From assembly GCA_951406725.2 (NCBI GenBank), contig OX597818.1:51708001-51772000 (forward strand): a stretch of DNA of 64,000 bases, read 5' to 3'. How positions within the stretch are numbered: position 1 is the stretch's first letter; each line of letters starts with the position of its first letter. Shown here piece by piece: positions 1 through 11,172 of the stretch. The notes beneath the pieces were generated by a model. The model was not told where the DNA came from and did not search any database. It saw nothing but the letters and a program-made list of their open reading frames with translations. The DNA is from Octopus vulgaris (lineage: Eukaryota). The position numbers and the translations under genes were made by a program.

Positions 1-645
<645 letters not shown>

Positions 646-1039
646 GTTGGAATTTACAAAAAAATATACATATGCTAATGACGAAAATTGCATTCATTTT
701 TTCTTCTAGAAATAATTCTAGAAAGTTACAAGCATTAAGAATTATATAATTTTAGCCAATCGAAGTCTCGAACATTCCACGTGCCGGATGTCGTGACTGT
801 CTCCATGGAAACATCACACACACGAAACCTTTACGTGGTTTCGTAAACTGCTTGAAATAACAGTCATGTCTTCCATAGTCTATATCATAACGTCTAAAAT
901 AAAAAAAACAAACAAACAAAAATGATGTCACATTGTGCCACAACGCCATCTATTTCGTCGACTAAAGCCGGCCCAAATGTTAATCCCTACTAAATGTGTT
1001 GATTGTCTCCTTCTTTCGTTTGCCCACTCGACTGTATAT

Positions 1040-1145
1040 CTCGGATGCAGGTCCCACTGGATGGCACCCGGGGTGAAATATCTTCTACTATAGCCCCGGG
1101 CTGAACAAAGCCTTGTGAGTGGATGTACTAAATGGAAACTATAGA
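1040..1145 (+). mobile_element. Degenerate 5' half of tRNA-derived SINE family A
   Basis: gtcccactg..ggcacc..tcttctactatagcc..aaagccttgtgagtggat..ggaaact matches the head of the fuller copy at 7077-7500. Confidence 0.7.
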
Positions 1146-1330
1146 CCACCGGCCATTAGGGTCTGACGAGACGTGTGTAAGCTTGGCGCTTTATGGACAT
1201 GAAACCCTGGGAACCGGCCACAACTGTCTTTCCCTGAATATTCTACTGGTCTATAACTTACAGTATGTTTCTCTTTCGGATTTATGGTTTACTGGAGATA
1301 TAACAACAACAACAACAACAATAATAATAA

Positions 1331-1633
1331 GGGGCTGATTGCTGCCTAACTCAGATACCAGGAAACCCCAAAATGGCAGAAATTCAAAAGAAAGTGCTCA
1401 TGGGAACTGCTCATATCCTACGCAAAATACTTTCTATGTAATCTCAGGGTTTAAAACAAATATCATTTTCGTTTTTTTTTTGATATTCACTAGTACAACA
1501 CCCCCCCCAAAAAAAACCCGAAATATATGGCACACTAGGCATAACAACAACACGAACTTCCAACCTGTTGTCTCTTGAGGTCTCTGGATGAGACTTGGAA
1601 CCAACTTGTACAAATATAAAGCAAAAGTCAAAC

Positions 1634-1634
<1 letters not shown>
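1331..1634 (+). mobile_element. 5'-truncated Dong/R4-like (RLE-type) non-LTR retrotransposon 3' end
   Basis: The frame from 1331 reads GADCCLTQIPGNPKMAEIQKKVLMGTAHILRKILSM* (stop 1439-1441), which resembles the R4/Dong C-terminus. A ~190-bp 3' UTR follows, and (TAA)n lies on both sides. Confidence 0.75.

Positions 1635-1713
<79 letters not shown>
1634..1713. repeat. (TAA)n microsatellite
   Basis: Direct reading. Confidence 0.97.
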
Positions 1714-1714
<1 letters not shown>

Positions 1715-1850
1715 GAAGAAAATATATGGCATCTCAAGACGGTTACAATACCAGTGATTGCAGGAGCACTTGGAATGATCAAAAAAGGAACTGAGAATTA
1801 TTTAAGGATGATCCCTGGCTTACCATCCATGCAGGAAATGCAAAAGGTTG
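1712..1850 (+). mobile_element. Second Dong/R4-like ORF C-terminal fragment
   Basis: IEENIWHLKTVTIPVIAGALGMIKKGTENYLRMIPGLPSMQEMQKV contains the 'IPVIxGALG' motif found after the RLE domain of R4/Dong elements and aligns with the 1331 fragment (IPG.P.M.E.QK). Confidence 0.75.
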
Positions 1851-3058
1851 ACTGAAAAGGAAAGTGTCACTCATCAATCATTTTCTGCCTCGTCCACCAC
1901 GCAACCCATTTTGCCATAGCCATAAGACAGGAAAGTGTTGGGGCGATCTTCGGCCGATGACCGGATTCGTTCCACACGCGGTAACAGCTGTTCCACATAG
2001 CTCCACAATTCAGGAGTATACGGACAGTGCAAAAGCAGTGCGCATTTGGGACAGTTCTGCTTAACAGTGCTTTCGTGCTCTCGAACTGGCAATGCTCCTC
2101 GGTAGCACCCCCAGATCAGAGATTTCTGGAAGTTATCCCTGGCAGTACCGAGACCGAGAGTCCCCTGAAATAAACCTGCTGGTTCATACTCGTCGACGCC
2201 TAAATTTCTCCGAGAACCTCATCACCCTCGCCTACCACTAGATATCTATACATTGCTACCTTAAAACTTCCATCGATCGAATTGCCCAACTGGTTGAGAG
2301 CAGTGAGCGCCTCACGACATTCCAGATTCCAGGGACCTAATCCTGGTCTTTTCTTGACCCAGGATTGCAGCTCCACCAAAGAGATGAGCTGCAGAAAAGT
2401 GTGTCTTAGAAACGGAGGCCACACCGGCTCACCGTGCAGGCTATAGTAGAATATATTTCACCCCGGGCGCCATGCAGCGGGGACTGAACCTGAAATATAC
2501 AGTTGAGTGGGCAAACGAAAGAAGAAGACACTCAACACATTTAGTAGGGGTTAACATTTGAGCCAGCTTTAGTCGACGAAATAGATGGCGCTGTGGCACA
2601 ATATGACATCATTTTTGTTTTTTTGTTTTTTTATTTTAGACGTTATGATATAGACTATGGAAGACATGACTGTTATTTCAAGCAGTTTAAGAAACCACGT
2701 AAAGGTTTCGTGTGTGTGATGTTTCCATGGAGACAGTCACGACATTCGGCATGTGGAATATTCGAGGCCACACCGGCTCACCGTGCAGGTAAATCTGCAA
2801 GTGACGTAACTGCAGCGCTATTCTGCGCACTAGAATCCATGGCATGCCAAGCCCGCCATCCAGAAGGTGCTGGTAATGGACGAACCGTCTGACAAGCGGA
2901 ATGCGTCCTTTCCACAGAAAGTAGAAAAGTAAACGCTCCATCCCAGCCAAACATGGATGGGCCGAGGTACATCGATCAAGCGCTAAGTTATTAGGAGGTG
3001 ATGTGAGCATTCATCGCCTCAGCTCGACTTTTCAGGGATATTTTTCTCTCGGGCCATT

Positions 3059-3060
<2 letters not shown>
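1847..3060 (-). mobile_element. Decayed 3' part of a Tx1/L1-clade LINE ORF2, interrupted by an insertion at 2441-2763
   Basis: Minus-strand peptides KWPERKISLKSRAEAMN, MERLLFYFLWKGRIPLVRR..LDGGLGMPWILVRRIALQLRHL and CPKC..HCPY..LWSYVEQLL are homologous to the 21274-22190 LINE region. Confidence 0.85.
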
Positions 3061-3113
<53 letters not shown>

Positions 3114-3114
<1 letters not shown>

Positions 3115-3134
3115 CTCTATATATAAACGGCAAA

Positions 3135-3176
<42 letters not shown>

Positions 3177-3501
3177 CCTTTATACAAATCCACAATTTTT
3201 CAGTTAGAGGGCTCGCACTTTCTATGGTCATTCAAAATCGTCCAAGGGTGGTTGTGCACATCTTTATATTTCTCCAGTCACCCCGCAAAGCCATTAAAAA
3301 ATCAACAGAAGTGACCTTTTTGTGAATTTTCTATCCAAAACCCAATCAAAATGCCCGAAACTTGATACGCCAATTGAATGCCAGCTAGCTGTATGTGATT
3401 GGTCGGAGATTTGGACAGTACTCGCGTGTATGTGCGCACGCACGCAGCTGTATATGCATGCACTAGCACTATGACCCGGCGTTGCCGGGTCATAGTGCTA
3501 G
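3114..3501 (+). mobile_element. Non-autonomous Helitron-like element (~390 bp)
   Basis: Starts A|TCTCTATATATAAA followed by (GT)n, ends in a hairpin plus CTAG|T, and sits between A and T in a TAA tract with no TSD. Confidence 0.7.
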
Positions 3502-3519
3502 TAATAATGATAAATTATA

Positions 3520-4045
3520 ATGCTCTGATACAGTAGCTATTGGAAGTGTTATCATGTACATTATTTTGTCTTGGTATAAAAGATGGGCTTCAGTAAATAT
3601 TCTGCTCAATACCACAGTTTTGATTGTCAGTTGTTTGACCTTAAACCAGTTGAGCATATCTGTTGGCGGCTGATGATATGTGCATCTCTGATCACGAGCA
3701 TAAGTAGTTGGGGAGCATCATAGCCATGTTGAGAGGGATTCTTTGAAGTTTGAATAATTCATCTCTGTAAACATGGGTGCTTCGTTCAACATCCTTAAAC
3801 AACCTTTATTCAGGGACCTTTTGAGTGGGATGGGCTACTCGACCTGAAGAAAATTCTAACTGGGCCCCACCTGCAAGGTCATGTGCTGTTTATCTTGATA
3901 TGAGATCACCATGTCGCACACATATAGTTGTGATGCATGTGCCTGATGTACCCTAATCAGATGGGTAGTCATGATGGGTATACTTAGCTTCGTATATTTA
4001 TACCCCAGTGTCACTCTGATGGTATGCACTGCTCTCTCACTCAAT
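3520..4045 (+). repeat. Unclassified interspersed repeat ending in a CAA/TAA tract; candidate 3' UTR of a TAA-targeting retroelement
   Basis: Non-coding complex sequence bounded by TAA-rich tracts and ending ..gctctctcactc-aataacaa, the same context as the 1331-1634 element. Confidence 0.35.
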
Positions 4046-4104
4046 AACAACTACAACAACAACAATAATAATAATAATAATAATAGTAATAATAGTAATA
4101 ATAA

Positions 4105-4723
4105 TCTTTTCTACTCTAGGCACAAGGCCCAAAATTTTGTGGGAGGGGGCCAGTTGATTAGATCGACCCAGTACGCAACTGGTACTTAATTTATCGACCC
4201 CGAAAGGATGAAAGGCAAAGTCGACCTCGGCGGAATTTGAACTCAGAACCTAAAGACAGACGAAATACTGCTAAGCATTTCGTCCGGCGTGCTAACGTCT
4301 CTGCCAGCTCGCCGCCTTAAAATATTTTTTTCTACTCGAGGCACGCGGCCAAAAATTTTTGGGGAAGGGGCTAGTCGATTATATCGACCACAGTACGCAG
4401 CAAGTACTTAATTTATCGACCCCGAAAGCATAAAAGGCAAAGTCGACTTGGGCGGAATTTGAACTCAGAACGTAAAGACAAACGAAATACCTATTTCTTT
4501 ACTACCCACAAGGGTCTAAACACAGAGGGGACGAACAAGGACAGACAAACGGATTAAGTCGATTACATCAACTCTAGTGCGTAACTGGTACTTATTTAAT
4601 CGACCCTGAAGGATGAAAAGTAAAGTGTACCTTGGTTGAATTTGAACTCAGGACGTAACGGCAGACGAAATACCGCTAAGTATTTCGCCCGACGTGCTAA
4701 CGTTTCTGCCAGCTCGCCGCCTT
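4105..4723 (-). mobile_element. Cluster of three tRNA-derived SINE family B units
   Basis: The minus strand shows the head AAGGCGGCGAGCTGGCAGA, a B-box-like GAGTTCAAATTCC and the core GCCTTTCATCCTTTCGGGGTCGATAAATTAAGTACCAG. Units lie at ~4105-4318, 4328-4490 and 4491-4723. Confidence 0.85.
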
Positions 4724-4979
4724 ATCCAGTAATAATAATAATAATGATGATAATAGTAATAATAATAATAATAATATAATTGACGGCAACGAAATGATGT
4801 TGATGCGGGTGGTTGCAAGATGTAATATTGGACAATAGGGTATCAATTTACAAACAATGAAAACGGGTGGCGGAGTGAATGAAAAGACATCAAGTTAAAG
4901 ATGGAGATGGTCTTTAATAGGAATAAATATTGAATACCCATGAAATATAAATGTCAATTAGACACGTGCAAGATATAAC

Positions 4980-5062
4980 ACACACACGCACACATACACA
5001 CAGGCCGCGCACTCGCACACACTCGCGCACGCGCACGCACACACACGCACACACACGTATAT

Positions 5063-5117
<55 letters not shown>

Positions 5118-5225
5118 TATTCACACGCTATTATATATATATATATATATATATATACACGTTCACACACACACACATATATATATATATAAATATTTAT
5201 GTAAACGTACAGACACACATGCACA

Positions 5226-5281
<56 letters not shown>

Positions 5282-5322
5282 GTACTGACATACACATGCA
5301 CACACTATCAAATATATACATG

Positions 5323-5381
<59 letters not shown>

Positions 5382-5487
5382 CATATATATATATATATAT
5401 ACATTCACGTACATATATATATATATGTATATAAACGTACTGACATACACATGCACACACTATTAATATATATACATATATATGTAT

Positions 5488-5518
<31 letters not shown>

Positions 5519-5826
5519 AATATATGTATGTTTACTTACACACTTACACACACAGATATATATTTATATAAACTTACACACACACACACACATATATATA
5601 AATGTATATGTTTGTGTGTGTGTTTCTATGTGTATGTGCATGTATTTTTGTACATATTTATGTGTATGTATGTAAGCATATATGTATACACGTGTACATG
5701 TGTGTAAGCATGTATGTTTGTATGCATTTGTGTGTGTATGCATCTATGTGAGTATGTGTAAACGATCTTATGTGTGTATGTATGTATGTATGCATGCATG
5801 TGTGTATGTGTGATTGTATGTATGTG
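4980..5826. repeat. Compound (CA)/(TA)/(TATG) microsatellite
   Basis: Direct reading. Confidence 0.95.
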
Positions 5827-6432
5827 TACCACCACCGACACCACCGCCACAACCACCGCCGCCACCACCACCACTACCACCACCACCACCGCCATCAACA
5901 ACAACAACAACACCACCACCACCACCACCACTATCAACAACAACAACAACAACACCTCCACCACTACCACCGTTGTCACTATCAACAACAACAACAACAA
6001 CACCTCCACCACTACCACCGTTGTCACCATTACCCACCACCACCACCACTATCATCACCATCACCCCTATCATATATCCCCCATCGTTCCTCGTTCCTAC
6101 AGCCTAACCGCTATCATTATGAATAATACAACCAGCAACTAGCAGCACCCCGAACCACCGCGACCATTAACCGCTCCGCACCCCCACGCAACCGCCCATC
6201 CCCCACCACCGCTACCAGTAGTGATACAACCAGCATCATGAACCGTAACACCCCCACCACAATATATTAGCGACTATGATCCATCATAATCAGTCAATAC
6301 GAAGAGGTGATGGCGATGGTGAATGTGGTGGTGGTGGTGGAGGCGGTGGTGGTGTTGGTGGTGGTGATAGTGGTGGTTTGTAAAATGTTGATGACGAGCG
6401 TCACGATATTAGCATCGTTAATGACCACCACC
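5827..6432. repeat. (CAC/CAA)n low-complexity tract with a (GTG)n block at ~6306-6378
   Basis: Direct reading; includes a 48-bp internal duplication (~5930-6026). Confidence 0.9.
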
Positions 6433-6517
6433 AATGAAAAAGACTGTGGGTAAGTTGGGTATTGATCCACTTTCTGTAACATTCTAAGCGACCGATCTAC
6501 CGTTTGTGCTATATCCT

Positions 6518-6893
6518 ATTTCTTTACTACCCACAAGGGGCTAAACATAGAGAGGATAAACAAGGACAGACAAAGGGATTAAGTCGATTATATTGACCCC
6601 AGTGTGTAACTAGTACTTAATTTATCGACCCCGAAAGGATGAAAGGATGAAAGTCGACCTCGGCGGAATTTGAACTCAGAACCTAGCGGCAGACGAAATA
6701 ACTATTTCTTTACTACCCACAAGGGGCTAAACATAGAGGGGACAAACAAGGACAGACAAACGGATTAAGTCGATTACATCGACCCCAGTGCGTAACTGGT
6801 GACTTAATTTATCGACCCCGAAAGGATGAAAGACAAAGTCGACCTCGGCGGAATTTGAACTCAGAACGTAACGGCAGACGAAATACGCCGCCT
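6518..6893 (-). mobile_element. Dimeric SINE family B insertion with 15-bp TSD
   Basis: Two ~186-bp units flanked by TTTGTGCTATATCCT at 6503-6517 and 6894-6908. Confidence 0.9.
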
Positions 6894-7076
6894 TTTGTGC
6901 TATATCCTGGTAGATTCTGTATCAATGGCCCATAACCATTTTTGCCTATGGACCCCTTTCATCCCTCTTTTAGTCGGGTGGACCCTTGTAAGCATTTGAT
7001 GTTTTAAAAAACCCTGTTATATCGTTATCTTTGATATTATTGAGAATTGTATAAAAAAAAAATTAAAATATTTTGT

Positions 7077-7220
7077 GGCGTAGGAGTAGCTTGCTTACCA
7101 ACCACATGGTTCCGGATTCAGTTCCACTGTGTGGCACCTTGGGCAAATGTCTTCTATAGCCTTGGGCCGACCAAAGCCTTGTGAGTGGATTTAGTAGACG
7201 GAAACTGAAAGAAGCCTGTC

Positions 7221-7283
<63 letters not shown>

Positions 7284-7500
7284 GATGTGTGTGTATGTTT
7301 GTGTGTTTGTGTTTGTCCCCCCAGAATCGCTTGACAAACGATGCTGGTGTGTTTACGTCCCCATAACTTAGCGGTTCGGCAAAAGAGACCGATATAATAA
7401 GTACTAGGCTTCCAAAGAATAAGTCCTGGGGTCGATTTGCTCGACTAAAGGCGGTGCTCCAGCATGGCCACAGTCATATGACTGAAACAAGTAAAAGAGT
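7077..7500 (+). mobile_element. Near full-length tRNA-derived SINE family A
   Basis: Head GGCGTAGGAG..GGTTCCGGATTCAGTTCC (B-box-like), central (TA/TG)n, and a 3' half ending GACTGAAACAAGTAAAAGAG. Many partial copies occur in the window. Confidence 0.9.
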
Positions 7501-7559
7501 ATAGTCATGGATGGAATACCTTTGATCATAGTTTTGCTGAATCAGATCTGAGATGAAGA

Positions 7560-7930
7560 TAAACAACAGACACAACAGCGACAACAACTTAAACAACAAT
7601 ACCGTCTCCCTCGCCATCACCACCTCTATCACCATCATTATTATCATTACCATTACCATAACAACCAACAGAAACAAGAAGACGGCGGCCATTATACACA
7701 GAGCGGCCATTACCCGCGGCTATAACCATCAACACCACCACCACCACCACAAACAACAACAACAACATCTCCTGCAGCCGACCATCGCCTACATTAACAG
7801 CTCTACCAAGACAACGACGACTTCCTCCTCTTCCACCACCGCCGCCGCCGCCACCACCACCACCACCACCACCACCACCACCACATCCACCACATCCACG
7901 GTAACTACGACTACGAAGAACGCCACCACA
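7560..7930. repeat. (CAC/CAA/CAT)n low-complexity tract
   Basis: Direct reading. Confidence 0.85.
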
Positions 7931-7931
7931 G

Positions 7932-8200
7932 TCTCTTTTACTCGTTTCAGTCATTTGACTGTGGCCATGCTCGAGCACCGCCTTTAGTCAAGCAAATCGA
8001 CCCCAGGACTTATTCTTTGTAAGCCTACTACTTATTCTATCGGTCTCTTTTTGCCGAAGCGCTAAGTTACGGGGACGTAAACACACCAGCATCGGTTGTC
8101 GAGCGATGTTGGAGGGGGCGGGGACAAACACAGACACACAAACATATACACACACAAGCATACATACATACATAAACACAGACATACACACACACACACA
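7932..8200 (-). mobile_element. SINE family A, 3' half
   Basis: Reverse complement of ~7290-7500. Confidence 0.9.
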
Positions 8201-8251
8201 CATATATATGTATATATTATGTATATATATATATATATATATATAAATATA

Positions 8252-9740
8252 TATGTTAAAAAAATATATGCATATATATAAACATATATGTACGTACCTA
8301 CCTCTACATGTACATATACACGCATATATGTGTACAGGACACCAAAGGGACGTCGAACACATAGAGAGACGAAAAACATAGACACAAACCAAGGAACAAG
8401 ACAAGCAAAAAAAGGAGATACAGGACAATAAGCACAACGAAAAATCCCCTTCTTCAGTCGCTAAAGTTTCATCTACTAAACGTTTCAAAGGATAAAAGCG
8501 AGACGTATACTTCGAATGAAAAATTCCTTCCTGCGAAAAGCAAATCAATTAAAATTCTGAGATCTTGTCGCAGAGGGGTAAAAAAAGCAAGACGGTAACG
8601 ACAGTACAAACATATAAACAGTAAAAAATATATATATAAACAGTGGAAAAATAAATATATAACAGTGAGAGACAGGACAAGGAGAACAAGATAAGAAGGG
8701 CTGTTAACGCCAGACGAAAAAAGTATTGCAAACGCTGGATTATAGTGGACGACGAGAGAGGAAGATGTCGACCAGTGGCCTTAGAAGGCAGGTGAGAAAA
8801 GACGGGATAGCAGTTACGACGGAAGTTCGTCGCAGATGGACGACGGGAATGGGGGAGAAGGAGCAAGAGGAAGAGAGAGAAGAAGGGGAATGGTGCGAGG
8901 AGACCATGAAGAACAGTAGGGGGAGAGAGAGAGGAAGAGACAAGTTAAGTGAGGAAAAAAAAGACGAGAAAGGGAATGGGAGAGAAAGAAAGAAAGATGC
9001 AGAGTCGCGTGAGAGTTAATATCAAGGCGAACTTGATAAACAGAACAATCTTACTTAATAGGGTGCGTGCGTTTAGTCGTATAATATGTTAAAAAAATAT
9101 ATGCATATATATAAACATATATGTACGTACCTACCTCTACATGTACATATACACGCATATATGTGTACAGGACACCAAAGGGACGTCGAACACATAGAGA
9201 GACGAAAAACATAGACACAAACCAAGGAACAAGACAAGCAAAAAAAGGAGATACAGGACAATAAGCACAACGAAAAATCCCCTTCTTCAGTCGCTAAAGT
9301 TTCATCTACTAAACGTTTCAAAGGATAAAAGCGAGACGTATACTTCGAATGAAAAATTCCTTCCTGCGAAAAGCAAATCAATTAAAATTCTGAGATCTTG
9401 TCGCAGAGGGGTAAAAAAAGCAAGACGGTAACGACAGTACAAACATATAAACAGTAAAAAATATATATATAAACAGTGGAAAAATAAATATATAACAGTG
9501 AGAGACAGGACAAGGAGAACAAGATAAGAAGGGCTGTTAACGCCAGACGAAAAAAGTATTGCAAACGCTGGATTATAGTGGACGACGAGAGAGGAAGATG
9601 TCGACCAGTGGCCTTAGAAGGCAGGTGAGAAAAGACGGGATAGCAGTTACGACGGAAGTTCGTCGCAGATGGACGACGGGAATGGGGGAGAAGGAGCAAG
9701 AGGAAGAGAGAGAAGAAGGGGAATGGTGCGAGGAGACCAT
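8252..9740 (-). mobile_element. Penelope-like element remnant with tandem partial repeat (8252-8907 = 9085-9740)
   Basis: Direct repeat at offset 833 with identical ORF translations. The minus strand has IIQRLQ..F/SGVN (weakly like the GIY-YIG C-terminal 'I..L.T..P.GLN') followed by hammerhead-core-like motifs. A related fragment lies at ~19555-19710 in the opposite orientation. Confidence 0.55.
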
Positions 9741-9762
9741 ATATATATATATATATATATAT

Positions 9763-10090
9763 AAGGGTAAAGACCCCCTTCGGTCATGAATGACCATGGG
9801 ATTGCACCTAGAAGGTTACCCTCCTAGACACAAGTCCGGGCAAGGTTGTTTATGGAAGACCAGCAGTCGCCCATGCATACCAGCCTCCCCTCTCCACGCC
9901 ACCAGTGTTATCCAAGGGAATGACAAAGGTCGATACAGCTTGGCACCAGTGACGTCGCAACTCATTTCTACAGCTGAGTGAACTGGAGCAACGTGAAATA
10001 AAGTGCCTTGCTCGAGAACACAACACGCAGCCCGGTCCGGGATTCGAACTCACAACCTCACGATCGTAAGCTCGACGCTCTAACCACTGA
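9763..10090 (-). mobile_element. tRNA-derived SINE family C
   Basis: Minus-strand head TCAGTGGTTAGAGCGTCG..GAGTTCGAATCCCGG has clear A/B boxes. Confidence 0.85.
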
Positions 10091-10348
10091 GGTTGTGAGC
10101 TCGAATCCCGGACCGGGCTGCGTGTTGTGTTCTTGAGCAAGACACTTTATTTCACGTTGCTCCAGTTCACTCAGCTGTAGAAATGAGTTGCGACGTCACA
10201 GGTGCCAAGCTGTATCGACATTTGTCTTTCCCTTGGATAACACTGGTGGCGTGGAGAGGGGAAGCTGGTATGCATGGGCGACTGCTGGTCTTCCAAAAAC
10301 AACCTTGCCCGGACTTGTGTCTAGGAGGGTAACTTTCTAGGTGCAATC

Positions 10349-10352
<4 letters not shown>
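10088..10352 (+). mobile_element. SINE family C, inverted partner copy (lacks A box)
   Basis: Reverse complement of 9795-10060 with a few substitutions. Confidence 0.85.
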
Positions 10353-10397
<45 letters not shown>

Positions 10398-10409
<12 letters not shown>

Positions 10410-10515
10410 TACATATATACGTGGGGTTTCTTTTAGTTTCCGTCTACCAAATCCACTCACAAGGCTTTGGTCGACCCGAGGCTTTAGTAGAAGACACTTA
10501 TCCAAGGTGCTACGT
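10398..10515 (-). mobile_element. SINE family A fragment
   Basis: tttccgtctaccaaatccactcacaaggctttggtcg..gtagaagacactt is the reverse complement of the family A head. Confidence 0.8.
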
Positions 10516-10786
10516 AGTCAATGCAAAACAAGTCATTTCTTTTTTTGGTTTAGGGTCATCTTTCTGGCTTTTTATTTTTATTTTTTTTTTTTTTTTAGTT
10601 TTTATTAGTTTTGCAAGGCCTCTGCGATAGATGTAGAAAGGGTGGAATGAGCCACGATTGATGGGTAATCCTCAGAGAGACCTGATCCGAAAACTGCAAC
10701 ACAGAAAACTCCACTAATGGCACCAAAGAATTTCCACAAAATGTCATCAACACGAGCACCATTATTAGAGCTATCCATCTACCTAA

Positions 10787-10787
<1 letters not shown>

Positions 10788-10868
<81 letters not shown>
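10788..10868. repeat. (TATC)n microsatellite
   Basis: Direct reading. Confidence 0.97.
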
Positions 10869-11092
10869 CTTTTACTCTTTCACTTGTTTCAGTCATTTGA
10901 CTGTGACCATGCCGGAACACCGCCCTTAGTTGAGCAAATCGACCCCAGGACTTATTCTTTGTGAGCTTAGTACTTATTCTACCGGTCTTATTTGCCGAAC
11001 CGCTAAGTTACGGGGACGTAAAGACACCAGCATCGGTTGCCAAGCGATGTTGGGGGGACAGACACAGACAGACAGACACAGACAGACAGACA

Positions 11093-11172
<80 letters not shown>

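Noticed and set aside
6922-7076. hAT-like MITE terminus (caatggcccataaccatttttg..ggacccc)
   Set aside because: Only one degenerate end is visible, with no partner TIR or TSD.
10040-10110. tRNA gene
   Set aside because: A/B boxes are present but run into a SINE body with no complete cloverleaf.
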